A stretch of 64,000 nucleotides of DNA from Thermodesulfobacteriota bacterium (GTDB taxonomy: Bacteria > Desulfobacterota_D > UBA1144 > Nemesobacterales > UBA2774), in assembly GCA_965223335.1 (NCBI GenBank), contig OZ244991.1, positions 1,088,001 through 1,152,000 on the forward strand, read 5' to 3'. Of this stretch, positions 9,702 through 19,739 are shown in pieces. The notes under the pieces were generated by a model. The model was given only the letters and a program-made list of their open reading frames with translations. It was not told the origin of the DNA and ran no database searches. A program made the translations under genes and the position numbers. The stretch's first letter is position 1, and every line of letters begins with the position of its first letter.

Positions 9702-10085
9702 ATGCCCCTAAACAAAAAAAGAGCGTGGTTGGTGTTGTTATCACTTGTCGTGACATTTGTTGGGCTTCGGGTGTGGCTGCATATCTATCCCAACACCGAC
9801 CTTAATATCGGTAGCTACAATATCCACCATCTCTACACCGGAATATTGTTTGTCGTGTTCTGTGGTATCCCGCTTGTGTTGCTGAGTATCGACAATCGGC
9901 TCATGGACCTCCTCTCTATAGGGTTCGGAGCCGGGTTAGGAATGGTGCTTGACGAGTGGGTTTATCTGATTGCCACAGACGGTAGTAACGCGTCCTACCT
10001 CCTGCCGGTCTCACTCTACGGTGGGATCATATTTATTGCACTGGTAGCAATATATATAATCGCGTTTATATTATTCTCCCGATAA
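9702..10085 (+). CDS. Hypothetical integral membrane protein
   Basis: About 4 hydrophobic segments; IHHLYTG and GAGLGMVLDE motifs; start uncertain. Confidence 0.6.
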   Translation: MPLNKKRAWLVLLSLVVTFVGLRVWLHIYPNTDLNIGSYNIHHLYTGILFVVFCGIPLVLLSIDNRLMDLLSIGFGAGLGMVLDEWVYLIATDGSNASYLLPVSLYGGIIFIALVAIYIIAFILFSR

Positions 10086-10137
10086 TATTCTCCATATAAT
10101 TAACACGAACAAATCCAATTAAAGGCGGCGAAATAAA

Positions 10138-10908
10138 TTGCTTAGCGATATTCTGAGTTTTTTTAGGGGCACTCCCAAACAACATACTCCCGAGGAGGGG
10201 ATGGAGGACCGGGTATTTATAGAGGGGCCGCATTCGAGGACCCGCGAGCTCTGGTTTTTGATCCGAGTAATGATCGAGTTCATAAAGGGCTTTAGGGCGC
10301 TTCACTTTGTGGGCCCGGTAGTCACGGTATTTGGCTCGGCCAGGTTTGAGGATGACCACAATTACTACGAGCTTGCACGTGAGACAGGTGCAGGCCTGGC
10401 CAAGATGGGCTTTACTGTGATGACCGGGGGCGGGCCCGGGATCATGGAGGCTGCCAACAGGGGTGCGAAAGAGGCCGGGGGAAGGTCTGTAGGCTGTGCA
10501 ATCATGCTCCCCGAGGAGCTCGAGCCCAACCCATATCTCGATAAGTGGGTCGAGTTCCACTACTTCTTTGTAAGGAAGGTGATGCTCCTTAAATATTCCT
10601 ATGCGTTTGTTGTAATGCCCGGTGGTGTGGGTACCATGGACGAGCTATTCGAGACCCTTACACTGATCCAGACCAAGAAGATTCATGACTTTCCCATAGT
10701 CCTGGTAGGCAGGGACTACTTCAAACCGCTCATCGAATACCTGCATGTGATGGTAGAGGAAAAAACTATTTCCGATACAGACCTCGAATACCTGGTGTTG
10801 GTAGACACGGTCGAAGAGGCCATGCAATGCATGCAGACCAAAGTCGTTGACAGGTTCGGCCTCAAGCTAAAGAAGCTTCCCAAACCCTCAAAAATTTTAT
10901 GGGAGTAG
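10138..10908 (+). CDS. LOG family nucleotide monophosphate nucleosidase (TIGR00730-type)
   Basis: VFGSAR, TGGGPGIMEAANRGA, RK..L and PGGVGTMDELFE motifs. Confidence 0.9.
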   Translation: MLSDILSFFRGTPKQHTPEEGMEDRVFIEGPHSRTRELWFLIRVMIEFIKGFRALHFVGPVVTVFGSARFEDDHNYYELARETGAGLAKMGFTVMTGGGPGIMEAANRGAKEAGGRSVGCAIMLPEELEPNPYLDKWVEFHYFFVRKVMLLKYSYAFVVMPGGVGTMDELFETLTLIQTKKIHDFPIVLVGRDYFKPLIEYLHVMVEEKTISDTDLEYLVLVDTVEEAMQCMQTKVVDRFGLKLKKLPKPSKILWE

Positions 10909-10920
10909 TTATAGCGAATT

Positions 10921-11289
10921 TTACGCTGTGGGTTCTTCAATCTTTGCCTTGGTTCTTCTCTTGCGTCTTTTCTTTTGCTTACGTATTTTTTCGGCGCGCA
11001 GGTCCCCACCGGTTTTTATCTGGAGTATCTCTTGTTCGTATTTTTCAACCAGACTACGGCGTGCCAAAAAACGGTTTATCCCCTGTTTGCGGTCTTTTTG
11101 TGCCTGGACTTTTAAGCCAGTGGGAATGTGTGTGAGTTCCACACAGGTAGAGACCTTGTTTACGTTCTGTCCCCCGGGGCCTTGCGAGCGTATAAATTTC
11201 TCTTCGAGGTCGCTTTCGTTTATGCCGAGTGCCGCCATTTTTTCAAAAAGTGCGTTCTCTTTGGCCGGTGATACCCCGAATTTACTCAT
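10921..11289 (-). CDS. Release-factor-like ribosome rescue peptidyl-tRNA hydrolase (ArfB/YaeJ-like)
   Basis: GPGGQNVNKV motif and a basic C-terminal tail. Confidence 0.85.
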   Translation of the reverse strand: MSKFGVSPAKENALFEKMAALGINESDLEEKFIRSQGPGGQNVNKVSTCVELTHIPTGLKVQAQKDRKQGINRFLARRSLVEKYEQEILQIKTGGDLRAEKIRKQKKRRKRRTKAKIEEPTA

Positions 11290-11316
11290 CTTGATTTAGT
11301 GTTTTATGAAAATGGG

Positions 11317-11769
11317 TCAGTCATCGTCCTCAACGACGAGCTTTAATAGATCGCGGCGCGAGATAATTCCAACCGGCACACCGTCCTTTACAACCGGCAC
11401 GCGGTGGACCCTGTGCTCGAGCATTGTCCTTACGGCCTCGGCGAGTGTGTCGTCCTCGGTTACGGTATGTACCGATTTTGTCATTATCTCTTTTACCTTT
11501 ACGTTGCGTGCCGCTTCATATGCCTTTTCGATCCCCTCTTTGGACATCCACTCTCCGAACAGTTGAGGGGCGTAGTTGCGCGAGAACGGTATGGCGTGTT
11601 CTTTGGCTGAAAAATCCGATTCGGTGACGATTCCTATTATCTTTCCGTCTTTATCGACTACCGGGACACCCCCAATGCGTTCATCCAGCATTAATTTAGC
11701 TACTTCTTCGAGTGATGTATCTTCATCTACGACTTTTACGGGTGAGCTCATAATTTCATGTACTTTCAT
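11317..11769 (-). CDS. CBS-domain pair protein
   Basis: Two CBS repeats (V.EIM...V...; PVVD..G.I.GI.T..D). Confidence 0.9.
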   Translation of the reverse strand: MKVHEIMSSPVKVVDEDTSLEEVAKLMLDERIGGVPVVDKDGKIIGIVTESDFSAKEHAIPFSRNYAPQLFGEWMSKEGIEKAYEAARNVKVKEIMTKSVHTVTEDDTLAEAVRTMLEHRVHRVPVVKDGVPVGIISRRDLLKLVVEDDD

Positions 11770-11855
11770 CAGGCCTCCTGCGCTTGGCGTGTCGCTAGTA
11801 ACGCAAATGTTTCCGATAGATTATAATCAAGTTTTCGAGCTTTACGATTTTTGCC

Positions 11856-12065
11856 CTATTCCATTTCCTCTATCATCGATTCCTGTTCTTTTAGGGTCTC
11901 GGCTCTATCGTCCTTCATCTCACGCACCTTTTCCGTGGAGCGGACCGTTTCCTCCAGGTAGGTGTCGGACTCGGCATGCTTTTCCTCAAGTGTGCCGAGC
12001 ACCTTGGCTATGCCGTAAATTGCAAGCAGCGCCACTATTATCGCGGCTATAGTTTTCCAGCTCAT
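11856..12065 (-). CDS. Small membrane-anchored hypothetical protein
   Basis: N-terminal hydrophobic helix followed by a charged helical tail; fills an intergenic gap. Confidence 0.5.
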   Translation of the reverse strand: MSWKTIAAIIVALLAIYGIAKVLGTLEEKHAESDTYLEETVRSTEKVREMKDDRAETLKEQESMIEEME

Positions 12066-12160
12066 ACAGAGAATTATAAAAATTGTGCCCCTAATTTTCA
12101 ACCGATTATTTGCCCTTGGGCCAAGTTGAAAGGGATGCAAAAACATTTATAATACAACCC

Positions 12161-12397
12161 ATGAATCCGGATGAACTAAAGAGTTTAATCGAAGAAGGGA
12201 TGCCGGGGGCAAGTGTTAGTGTTGAGGGTGACGGCACGCATTTCGAGGCGCTCATAGTGTCGAGCGAGTTCGAGGGCAAAAGACTGCTTGAGCGCCACAA
12301 GATTGTTTACGGGGTGCTAGGGGACGCAATGAAAGAACGCGTCCATGCCCTATCGCTTAAGACCTATACCCCCGAGCAGTGGGAATCCATGAAGTAA
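12161..12397 (+). CDS. BolA/IbaG family protein
   Basis: HF..IVS..FEG..L.RH..VY..L...VHALSL.T.TP.QW signature; adjacent to grxD. Confidence 0.9.
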   Translation: MNPDELKSLIEEGMPGASVSVEGDGTHFEALIVSSEFEGKRLLERHKIVYGVLGDAMKERVHALSLKTYTPEQWESMK

Positions 12398-12437
12398 AAT
12401 CCTCATCTAATATCATAAAGCATCTAAGGAGCGGCAC

Positions 12438-12752
12438 ATGACCCAGGATATCCAAGAGATTATAAAAAATCAGATCAACAACAACAAGATTATCCTCTAT
12501 ATGAAAGGCTCAAAGGACATGCCCCAGTGCGGGTTCTCGGCGCGCGTGGTACAGATCCTAAACTCCTATAACCAGCCCTACGAGACAGTGGATGTGCTCG
12601 AGGACCCTGCGATCCGCCAGGGTATCAAGGACTTTTCCAACTGGCCCACCATCCCGCAGCTCTACATTAACGGCGAGTTCATCGGCGGGTGCGACATCTG
12701 TGTCGAGATGGACCTGGCCGGCGAACTCAAGCAGCTTGTAATCGAGGCTTAG
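12438..12752 (+). CDS. grxD: Monothiol glutaredoxin Grx4
   Basis: PQCGFS active site, WPTIPQLY and GGCD motifs. Confidence 0.95.
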   Translation: MTQDIQEIIKNQINNNKIILYMKGSKDMPQCGFSARVVQILNSYNQPYETVDVLEDPAIRQGIKDFSNWPTIPQLYINGEFIGGCDICVEMDLAGELKQLVIEA

Positions 12753-12760
12753 TAAACATA

Positions 12761-13978
12761 TTAATTGCGGTCGATAAGACTCTTAAGTGCCGGGGCCAGC
12801 TGCGACCTCTTAATTTTCCTAAGCGTAGTTTTCACTATCTGGCGTATCCTCTCGCGCGTAAGCCCATAGCGCTGCCCTATCTCTTCCAGTGTGAACGCGT
12901 TGTCGTAACCGATCCCGTAGCGCATCTTCACAATATCGCATTCCCGCTCGTCTATACCCGAGAGTGCATGGGCTATGTTGTCGGGAATGGATACCTCGTC
13001 AATCAATCTATCTACAGCCGAGGAGTTTGAGTCGGGGATCAGGTCCAGGTAAGTCGCTCTATCTCCATTTCGTATCTCTGCGTCGAGCCGGATCATATTT
13101 GTATTTTTGTAGGACTCAAGAATTTGGCGGACATTCTCGTTGCTCATCCCTACTGTTTTTGATATCTCGTGCGGCAGGGGCTCCCTGTCGTTTTCTTCGA
13201 CAAACTTTGTCCTCGCAGCCCTTACCTTGCCAGCCTTTTCAAGCACATATGCAGGAACTTTTACAGTGCGAGTCTGGTTAAAGATCCCGCGTGTGATGGC
13301 CTGTGTGATCCACCAGCAGGCGTATGTAGAAAACCTATAGCCCTTTTGGTGATCAAACCGCTCCACAGCTTTTATAAGCCCGATGTTGCCCTCCTGGATA
13401 AGGTCCAAAAACGGCACACCCCTGCCCATATAGCGTTTGGACATGCTCGCAACAAGGCGTAAATTGGCCTTCACAAACCTGTTTCTAAGCCTCTGGTGCA
13501 TATTGAGATAAGCGGTATAGACTGCAATATATTTGCCTAGCTTCTCTTTGTTTGGCCTGTTTTTTACTTTGCAGATACAGAAATTCTCAATCTGAGTTTC
13601 TTTGTTACAGCTTCCCTCAGGTCTAAGATCGTTGAGATCAAACCCGGCAGTGCTCTCTATCAGTTTTTGATATCTATTCATCTCGCTTTCACAATATTTG
13701 ATTTTGGCGGCGACCGACAGTTCTTCTTTCGGTGTCAACAGGGGCTCGTTGCCGACCTCTTTAAAATAATCGTTTACAAGACGGAGCTCATGATTGTCGT
13801 TGAAGTCAAAGGTTTGTTTCTCGTCATTTTTATCAGGGGAATCATAGTCGTTATCGAGCGCATCGAAATTGTTTAATATTGGTTCGTGCTCGTTTATATG
13901 GCTATCATCGCTCATCACCTCACTCATAGCCTCGTTGTAGTTGTTAAACGCTTCTTTGTATGAATTTTCTTTAGTCAT
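12761..13978 (-). CDS. Sigma-70 family sigma factor, group 2/RpoS-like (no region 1.1)
   Basis: Region 1.2 (Y..EVG..PLLT..EE), region 2 ([35 protein letters not shown]), region 4.2 ([17 protein letters not shown]); GGAGG RBS before ATG 13978. Confidence 0.85.
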   Translation of the reverse strand: MTKENSYKEAFNNYNEAMSEVMSDDSHINEHEPILNNFDALDNDYDSPDKNDEKQTFDFNDNHELRLVNDYFKEVGNEPLLTPKEELSVAAKIKYCESEMNRYQKLIESTAGFDLNDLRPEGSCNKETQIENFCICKVKNRPNKEKLGKYIAVYTAYLNMHQRLRNRFVKANLRLVASMSKRYMGRGVPFLDLIQEGNIGLIKAVERFDHQKGYRFSTYACWWITQAITRGIFNQTRTVKVPAYVLEKAGKVRAARTKFVEENDREPLPHEISKTVGMSNENVRQILESYKNTNMIRLDAEIRNGDRATYLDLIPDSNSSAVDRLIDEVSIPDNIAHALSGIDERECDIVKMRYGIGYDNAFTLEEIGQRYGLTRERIRQIVKTTLRKIKRSQLAPALKSLIDRN

Positions 13979-14012
13979 CTTGGTTCCTCCGAATTTTAGT
14001 ATTGATTGTTCT

Positions 14013-14645
14013 CTATGGACTGCCTTTTGTCGGAGCCCTAAGCCCCGCCGCACAAAAAGTAACAAGTCTTTTTGTGAGATCCGATTCGTCTTCTAGCTTG
14101 CACACTCCCATGGACAGGTGCTCGAGACCCTTGTGGTTTGTCCAAGTGTGAATCATCGCACCCATGAGGAAGTGAATACGCCACATGAGCTCTTCTTCCG
14201 GTAGGTGAGGGAGTGCGTCACCCATGGCCTCTTTGAATTTCGAGAACACCTCTTCAAAGTGGGCCACGAAGTTCCTATAGATCTCGCGTTCGGGGTGAGA
14301 CACGACCTGCCCAGCAACGTGGCGGAAATGCGGGTTCTCAAAAGTAAGCTCTATGCTGGGTGCAAAAAGGGCCTCTAGGATATTCTCCAGAGCCACCGGT
14401 TTATAGCCCGTGGCATGGCGGTGACCGTGCAGTTTCTCGAGGCGTTTTTCGTTAAGGGGCTTAATCCTTCGTGCAATCACCTCGCGAATGAGCTCGTCTT
14501 TGCTGCCGAAGTGGTAATTAATGGCAGCCAGGTGAACCCCCGCACTGCCTGTAATATCCCTCACCGAAGTCTCTTTTATACCCTTTTCTGCAAACAGACG
14601 CTCGGCTGTATCGAGCAAAATCTCTTTAGTTTTAGTGCTCTTCAT
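14013..14645 (-). CDS. TetR-family regulator, PsrA-like
   Basis: N-terminal HTH (LFAEKG..ETS.RDI...AGV.LAAINYHFGSK) plus C-terminal LP..EL.WR.HF..GA and F.AAGLRA, recalled from Pseudomonas PsrA. Confidence 0.8.
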   Translation of the reverse strand: MKSTKTKEILLDTAERLFAEKGIKETSVRDITGSAGVHLAAINYHFGSKDELIREVIARRIKPLNEKRLEKLHGHRHATGYKPVALENILEALFAPSIELTFENPHFRHVAGQVVSHPEREIYRNFVAHFEEVFSKFKEAMGDALPHLPEEELMWRIHFLMGAMIHTWTNHKGLEHLSMGVCKLEDESDLTKRLVTFCAAGLRAPTKGSP

Positions 14646-14660
14646 TCTTACCTCCCATGA

Positions 14661-14712
14661 ATTCATACAAACGTTTGTTTGAATAATATGTTCATGAAAG
14701 ATACCCTGTCAA
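14661..14712 (-). promoter_or_regulatory. Sigma70-type promoter overlapped by a 24-bp PsrA-type palindromic operator
   Basis: Minus-strand TTGACA (14707-14712), 18-nt spacer, TATTAT (14683-14688); palindrome ATTCATACAAAC|GTTTGTTTGAAT at 14661-14684 with one mismatch. Confidence 0.75.
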
Positions 14713-14744
14713 TACTTTTATTTAAATTTTCAGAAAATAGGGGT

Positions 14745-16055
14745 TTATTGCCCTAGTAATAGGGACGAATTGGTGAAAAACATGCCCGCTACACAGCCCG
14801 TCATAAGTGTAGCCAGTGTGGCTGCAATAAGTGCACGGAACCCTACACTGGCAATATCGGTCTTTCTCCCAGGTGCCAACGCCGCAAGCCCACCCACAAA
14901 TATAGCCATAGACGCTATGTGTGCAAACCCGCAGAGTGCATAGGAGGTAATGATGGGGGACCTGGGATGCTGCAAAAGCCCCTGTTCCATTGCCACAGAA
15001 AGTTCTTTATACGCTACTACCTCTGTGACAATAGTGCGCGAACCTATGATCTGTCCTACCGCGTAGGCGTCTGCAGAGGGGATACCGAGTATGATCGCAA
15101 AGGGGTAAAAGAGATAACCCAAGAGCCCCTCTAATGACCAGTTGATGCTAATACCCAGTAGGTTATTTATATGCACACCCACTCCCCCGAGTATTAAGTC
15201 GAGTAGCGCAATAAGACCGAGGATGGCTACCAATAGTGCCACTATTCCCACTATAAGCTTTACTCCGCTGTTGGCACCGTCGATTATTGCTTCAAAAAAA
15301 CTGTGTTCCTTTTCATAAAAAGGCTTTACATGCATCCCAAGTGTCTCGGGCACACCGTCTTCGGGCACAATGAGCTTCGACATCAGCACCGCTGCCGGGG
15401 CAGAGAGTATAGAGGCCGAGATCAGGTGGGCGGCGATTGTGGGAAATTGCTCTTGTAGGCTAAATACGTAAAGAGCCAACACGTTAGATGCCACTGTGGC
15501 CATTCCCGCAGTTAGTATCGTGCACAGTTCCGAGCGCGTCATATTGTCTAAATAGGGTTTTACGGTGAGCGTGGATTCTATCCCCACAAATATGTTGCTC
15601 GATGCGCTCAGTGATTCCGCCCCCGAGATCCTCATGAGCCTTGTGAATACATAGGAAAAGAGTCTTATGACTCTTTGCATAATATTAAAATAGTAGAGTA
15701 TAGACATCAGTGCCGAAAAAAATATGATTGTGGGCAGAGCCTGAAAGGCCAGGAAAAATCCAAGCGAGCTTTCACCGTATTGGTTCTCTGTGCCCGGGGG
15801 GAGTGCGAGCCTCCCGAACAAGAACTCTGAGCCCGCCTGGGCCGATTCCAGCACTTTTACTACTATTTCATTTAGATAGAGGAGCACCTTGGCTCCCACT
15901 GGTGCCAGAAATATGAAACCGGCAAATACAAACTGCAACAATAGAGCCCAGATCACTACCCTATAGTTCACATTTTTCCTATTCGTTGACAGCAGCCATG
16001 CTATGCCGATCAGTATGAATATGCCGATGAAACTTATGAGGTTGTGTATGTCCAT
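14745..16055 (-). CDS. Concentrative nucleoside transporter (NupC/CNT family)
   Basis: LPTIIFFSAL, SGAES..A..NIFVG..E, MT.SEL, ATVA and YALCGFAH motifs. Confidence 0.9.
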   Translation of the reverse strand: MDIHNLISFIGIFILIGIAWLLSTNRKNVNYRVVIWALLLQFVFAGFIFLAPVGAKVLLYLNEIVVKVLESAQAGSEFLFGRLALPPGTENQYGESSLGFFLAFQALPTIIFFSALMSILYYFNIMQRVIRLFSYVFTRLMRISGAESLSASSNIFVGIESTLTVKPYLDNMTRSELCTILTAGMATVASNVLALYVFSLQEQFPTIAAHLISASILSAPAAVLMSKLIVPEDGVPETLGMHVKPFYEKEHSFFEAIIDGANSGVKLIVGIVALLVAILGLIALLDLILGGVGVHINNLLGISINWSLEGLLGYLFYPFAIILGIPSADAYAVGQIIGSRTIVTEVVAYKELSVAMEQGLLQHPRSPIITSYALCGFAHIASMAIFVGGLAALAPGRKTDIASVGFRALIAATLATLMTGCVAGMFFTNSSLLLGQ

Positions 16056-16130
16056 ATCGTTAGGGAGATATCGGGATGTCTAAAGTTTTACACTACACAA
16101 TTGCTTTGGTATGGTAAAGCGTAACTATCA

Positions 16131-17879
16131 ATGTCTCGAGACCTGCTAGACTATATGCATATATTAAAATTTGTTGCTCTATTTTTACTTTTATCCACCT
16201 CATACTTTGCAAATGCCTTGGCCGATGGGTCCCCGGTCTATGACCCCAAGGCGAGGTTCCACCCGGTACATGCCAAAAACGGGATGGTAGCGTCTGAGAG
16301 CAGCTACGCCACCAGGGCCGGTATCGAGGTGCTTCGCGAGGGTGGTAATGCTGTGGATGCTGCGGTAACGGTGGGGTTTGTGCTGGCTGTAACGTTCCCT
16401 CGTGCCGGGAACCTGGGTGGTGGTGGGTTTATGGTGGCTTACCTGGGCGATAAAACCGGTGTGATTGCCCTTGATTACCGAGAGACCGCCCCTAAAGCAG
16501 CCAAGAGGGATATGTTTTTGGACACCCGGGGCAACGTGGACAAGACAAAATCACGACACAGTATCTTATCGGTCGGTGTGCCCGGTACTGTAGCAGGGTT
16601 AACTTATGCACTTGAGAATTACGGTACAATTTCGCTCGAAAGGGCATTGACCCCGGCCATTAAGCTTGCAAAAGAGGGTTTTGTGGTAGACCAGCAGCTT
16701 AGAAACTCGCTAATAGGGGCTAAAAAAGGCATAAAGGGCACCCCGCAATCACTCGACACCTATTTTAAAGCCGACAGCTCCCCGTATGAGGTAGGTGAGC
16801 TTTTGGTCCAGCCCGAGCTTGCCAAGACTTTAGAGGAGATTGCCAAGCATGGATCCAAGGCCTTTTATCATGGGTCTATTGCAGAGAAGATGGATGGATT
16901 TATGAAGGCAAACGGCGGGCTTATCACAAAGCAGGATATGAGGGATTACAAACCTATCCTCCGTGAACCTGTACACGGGAATTACAAGGGTTACGAGATC
17001 TACTCTATGCCCCCTCCCAGTTCTGGTGGAGTGCATCTTATCCAGATGGTTAATGTGCTAGCAGGGTTTTCACTTGGGGACTTTGGGCAAAACAGTGCCG
17101 CCTCTATTCACTTGATGGCCGAGGCCATGAGATTTGCATACGCCGACAGGTCCCTGCACCTGGGAGACCCCGACTTCTCTACCATTCCGGTCCAGTGGCT
17201 TATATCGGACAAGTACGCAAAATCGATAAGAGAGAGGATAGATAAAGCACATGCGATTCCATCAAAGGAACTAAATCCCGGTACAGTACCCGGTAGTGGG
17301 GGCAGTGACACAACACACTTTTCTGTTGTCGATAAAGATGGCAATGCGGTTTCCAACACATACACTCTCAATTTCGGCTACGGGTCAAAGATCACACTCC
17401 CCGGCACGGGGATTCTGCTCAATAACGAGATGGACGATTTCTCATCAAAACCGGGCGAGCCTAACGCATACGGATTATTGGGTGCGGAAAAAAATGCCAT
17501 AGAGCCTCATAAGCGCATGCTTAGTTCCATGACACCGACAATAGTGATGCGGGACGGAAAACCGTTTCTGATTACGGGAAGCCCAGGTGGGAGCCTAATC
17601 ATCACCACTGTTCTGCAGGTAATACTCAATGTCATTGAATACGGGCTTAATGTTGCAGAGGCGACAAACGCACCCAGGGTGCATCATCAATGGTTCCCGG
17701 ATGTACTTAGGGTAGAAGAGGGTATAAGTAGCGACACTATAAACATACTGCGTAGTATGGGGCATAACGTAGTGATAAAAAGCACGATGGGTAGTGCCGA
17801 TACTATTATGTGTTTGGACGGTTATCTGTACGGGGCTTCTGATCCCCGTAGACCGGGTGGCCTAGCAGCGGGTTACTAG
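16131..17879 (+). CDS. ggt: Gamma-glutamyltransferase
   Basis: GGNAVDAAV, DYRETAP, nucleophile TTHFSVVD, LNNEMDDF, SSMTPT, GSPGG. Confidence 0.95.
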   Translation: MSRDLLDYMHILKFVALFLLLSTSYFANALADGSPVYDPKARFHPVHAKNGMVASESSYATRAGIEVLREGGNAVDAAVTVGFVLAVTFPRAGNLGGGGFMVAYLGDKTGVIALDYRETAPKAAKRDMFLDTRGNVDKTKSRHSILSVGVPGTVAGLTYALENYGTISLERALTPAIKLAKEGFVVDQQLRNSLIGAKKGIKGTPQSLDTYFKADSSPYEVGELLVQPELAKTLEEIAKHGSKAFYHGSIAEKMDGFMKANGGLITKQDMRDYKPILREPVHGNYKGYEIYSMPPPSSGGVHLIQMVNVLAGFSLGDFGQNSAASIHLMAEAMRFAYADRSLHLGDPDFSTIPVQWLISDKYAKSIRERIDKAHAIPSKELNPGTVPGSGGSDTTHFSVVDKDGNAVSNTYTLNFGYGSKITLPGTGILLNNEMDDFSSKPGEPNAYGLLGAEKNAIEPHKRMLSSMTPTIVMRDGKPFLITGSPGGSLIITTVLQVILNVIEYGLNVAEATNAPRVHHQWFPDVLRVEEGISSDTINILRSMGHNVVIKSTMGSADTIMCLDGYLYGASDPRRPGGLAAGY

Positions 17880-18832
17880 GCTGTAATCTCTAGCATTCTA
17901 TCGATTGCCTGTTTGGCTTTAGAGGCAATCTCCGTAGGTACCTTTACCTCGAACACATCATCCTGCAGCGAGACGAGTACCTTATCGAGGGTTATCATCT
18001 TCATGTACTTGCAGACTGCGTTTTCCATCGCCGGGTAAAAGGTCTTGTCCGGGTTGTCTTTTCTCAGGGTGTGCAGCATACCGGTCTCTGTGGCGATGAT
18101 AAATTGTTTTTTATCCGACTCTTTTGCGTGTTTTAACATCCCGCCCGTGGAAAAGAACTTTACATTTGAGTCGCCGTTATCCATAAGGGCATCGGACGAG
18201 TGGTAAAGGAAGTTCGTTGTGCATCCGCATTCGGGGTGGATTATCATCTCGGCATCAGGGTGGGTGTCCTGTACTTCTTCTATGTCCTGGGGACGAATCC
18301 CCGCGTGGACATGGCACTCACCGGGCCAGATGTGTATTTTTCTGCCTGTCACCTTGGCGGCATATGCTCCTAAAAACATATCTGGCAGAAAGAGGATCTC
18401 TTTATCCTCTGGCACTGCACGCACCACGTTTACCGCATTGGACGACGTACAGCAGTAGTCACTCTCGGCTTTAACCTCGGCAGTGGTGTTGACGTAAGAC
18501 ACAACCACTGCATCGGGGTGCTCCTTTTTCCAGTCCCTTAACTGCTCAGCGTTAATAGTGTCTGCGAGTGAGCATCCGGCTTCCAGATCAGGTATCAAAA
18601 CCTTTTTGTCCGGTGAGATTATCGATGCTGTCTCAGCCATGAAGTGCACTCCGCAAAACACAATCACGTCCGCATCGGTCTCGGCGGCGGCCTGCGACAG
18701 TGTCAAGGAATCCCCTGTTAAATCGGCAATGTCCTGTACCTCGGGGACCTGGTAGTTATGGGCCAAAATAACCGCGTTTTTCTGGGTTTTTAGCCTTTTG
18801 ATCTCTTGTTCAACACTGTTTAGGTTATCCAT
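17876..18832 (-). CDS. nadA: Quinolinate synthase
   Basis: ILAHNYQ, GDSL, FCGVHFMAET, YVNT, CHVH, HPEC, C.YMK. Confidence 0.95.
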   Translation of the reverse strand: MDNLNSVEQEIKRLKTQKNAVILAHNYQVPEVQDIADLTGDSLTLSQAAAETDADVIVFCGVHFMAETASIISPDKKVLIPDLEAGCSLADTINAEQLRDWKKEHPDAVVVSYVNTTAEVKAESDYCCTSSNAVNVVRAVPEDKEILFLPDMFLGAYAAKVTGRKIHIWPGECHVHAGIRPQDIEEVQDTHPDAEMIIHPECGCTTNFLYHSSDALMDNGDSNVKFFSTGGMLKHAKESDKKQFIIATETGMLHTLRKDNPDKTFYPAMENAVCKYMKMITLDKVLVSLQDDVFEVKVPTEIASKAKQAIDRMLEITA

Positions 18833-18869
18833 CTTATGTTAATAAAACTACCCGATAATATTGTAAAAA

Positions 18870-19715
18870 CTAGAGGAGGTCGAGACTGATATCCAGTGCT
18901 TTAGGGGAGTGGGTAAGCGCTCCTACCGATATGTAATCCACGCCCGTAGCGGCTATCTCTGCGACGGTTTCCAGGCTCACACCACCCGATGCCTCCAGCA
19001 AAACCCTGCCATGGTTAAGCTCCACAGCCTTTTTCATCTCATGGGTAGACATATTGTCGAGCATAACTATATCCACCCCCGCCCCGATGGCCTCTTCGAG
19101 TTGGTTCAAAGAGATAATCTCTACCTCGATCTTAGGCCCCTCTCCGATTTTATTACGCGCTGTTTTAACCGCGTTTTCAATACCGCCCGCAAACGCGATG
19201 TGGTTGTCTTTAATGAGCACCATGTCAAATAAACCTGTGCGATGATTTTTCCCGCCACCCGTACGCACCGCGTATTTATCCAACAGCCTTAGGCCCGGTA
19301 CGGTTTTGCGTGTGTCTAGTATCTTGGTGTTGGTATGCTTCACGGCATCGGTGTAGCGCGATGTTAGGGTTGCTATGCCCGATAGCCTCTGCAGGAAATT
19401 TAGAGCAAGGCGCTCGGCGGTGAGTATTGCGCGAGTCCGTCCCTTGAGCTTGACTGCAATGTCCCCGGGTTTTACTCGGCTGCCGTCTTCGTGTATTACG
19501 TCCCATTTTATGTCCGGGTCAAGCCTCCTAAACACAGCCTCTGCCACAGGCAGCCCTGCAAGCACTCCTTCTTCTTTAACTTTAATCTCGGCCTCGGCCA
19601 TGGCGTCGGGCGGGAATAGGGAGTCGGTCGTTATATCCCCAGACCCTAAATCTTCTGTGAGTCCTCTTTCTATAATCTCGTCGATCTCTTTTTTATCCAG
19701 TCCGTATTCTTTCAA
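18870..19715 (-). CDS. nadC: Quinolinate phosphoribosyltransferase
   Basis: ER.ALN, DTRKT, HR.GL.D, LIKDNH, MLDNM, EASGG, ISVGALTHS. Confidence 0.95.
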   Translation of the reverse strand: MKEYGLDKKEIDEIIERGLTEDLGSGDITTDSLFPPDAMAEAEIKVKEEGVLAGLPVAEAVFRRLDPDIKWDVIHEDGSRVKPGDIAVKLKGRTRAILTAERLALNFLQRLSGIATLTSRYTDAVKHTNTKILDTRKTVPGLRLLDKYAVRTGGGKNHRTGLFDMVLIKDNHIAFAGGIENAVKTARNKIGEGPKIEVEIISLNQLEEAIGAGVDIVMLDNMSTHEMKKAVELNHGRVLLEASGGVSLETVAEIAATGVDYISVGALTHSPKALDISLDLL

Positions 19716-19739
19716 CCTTATATGGCTCCAATCACATAA

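Noticed and set aside
12161..12752. bolA-grxD pairing
   Set aside because: Well-known conserved Fe-S trafficking gene pair, not novel
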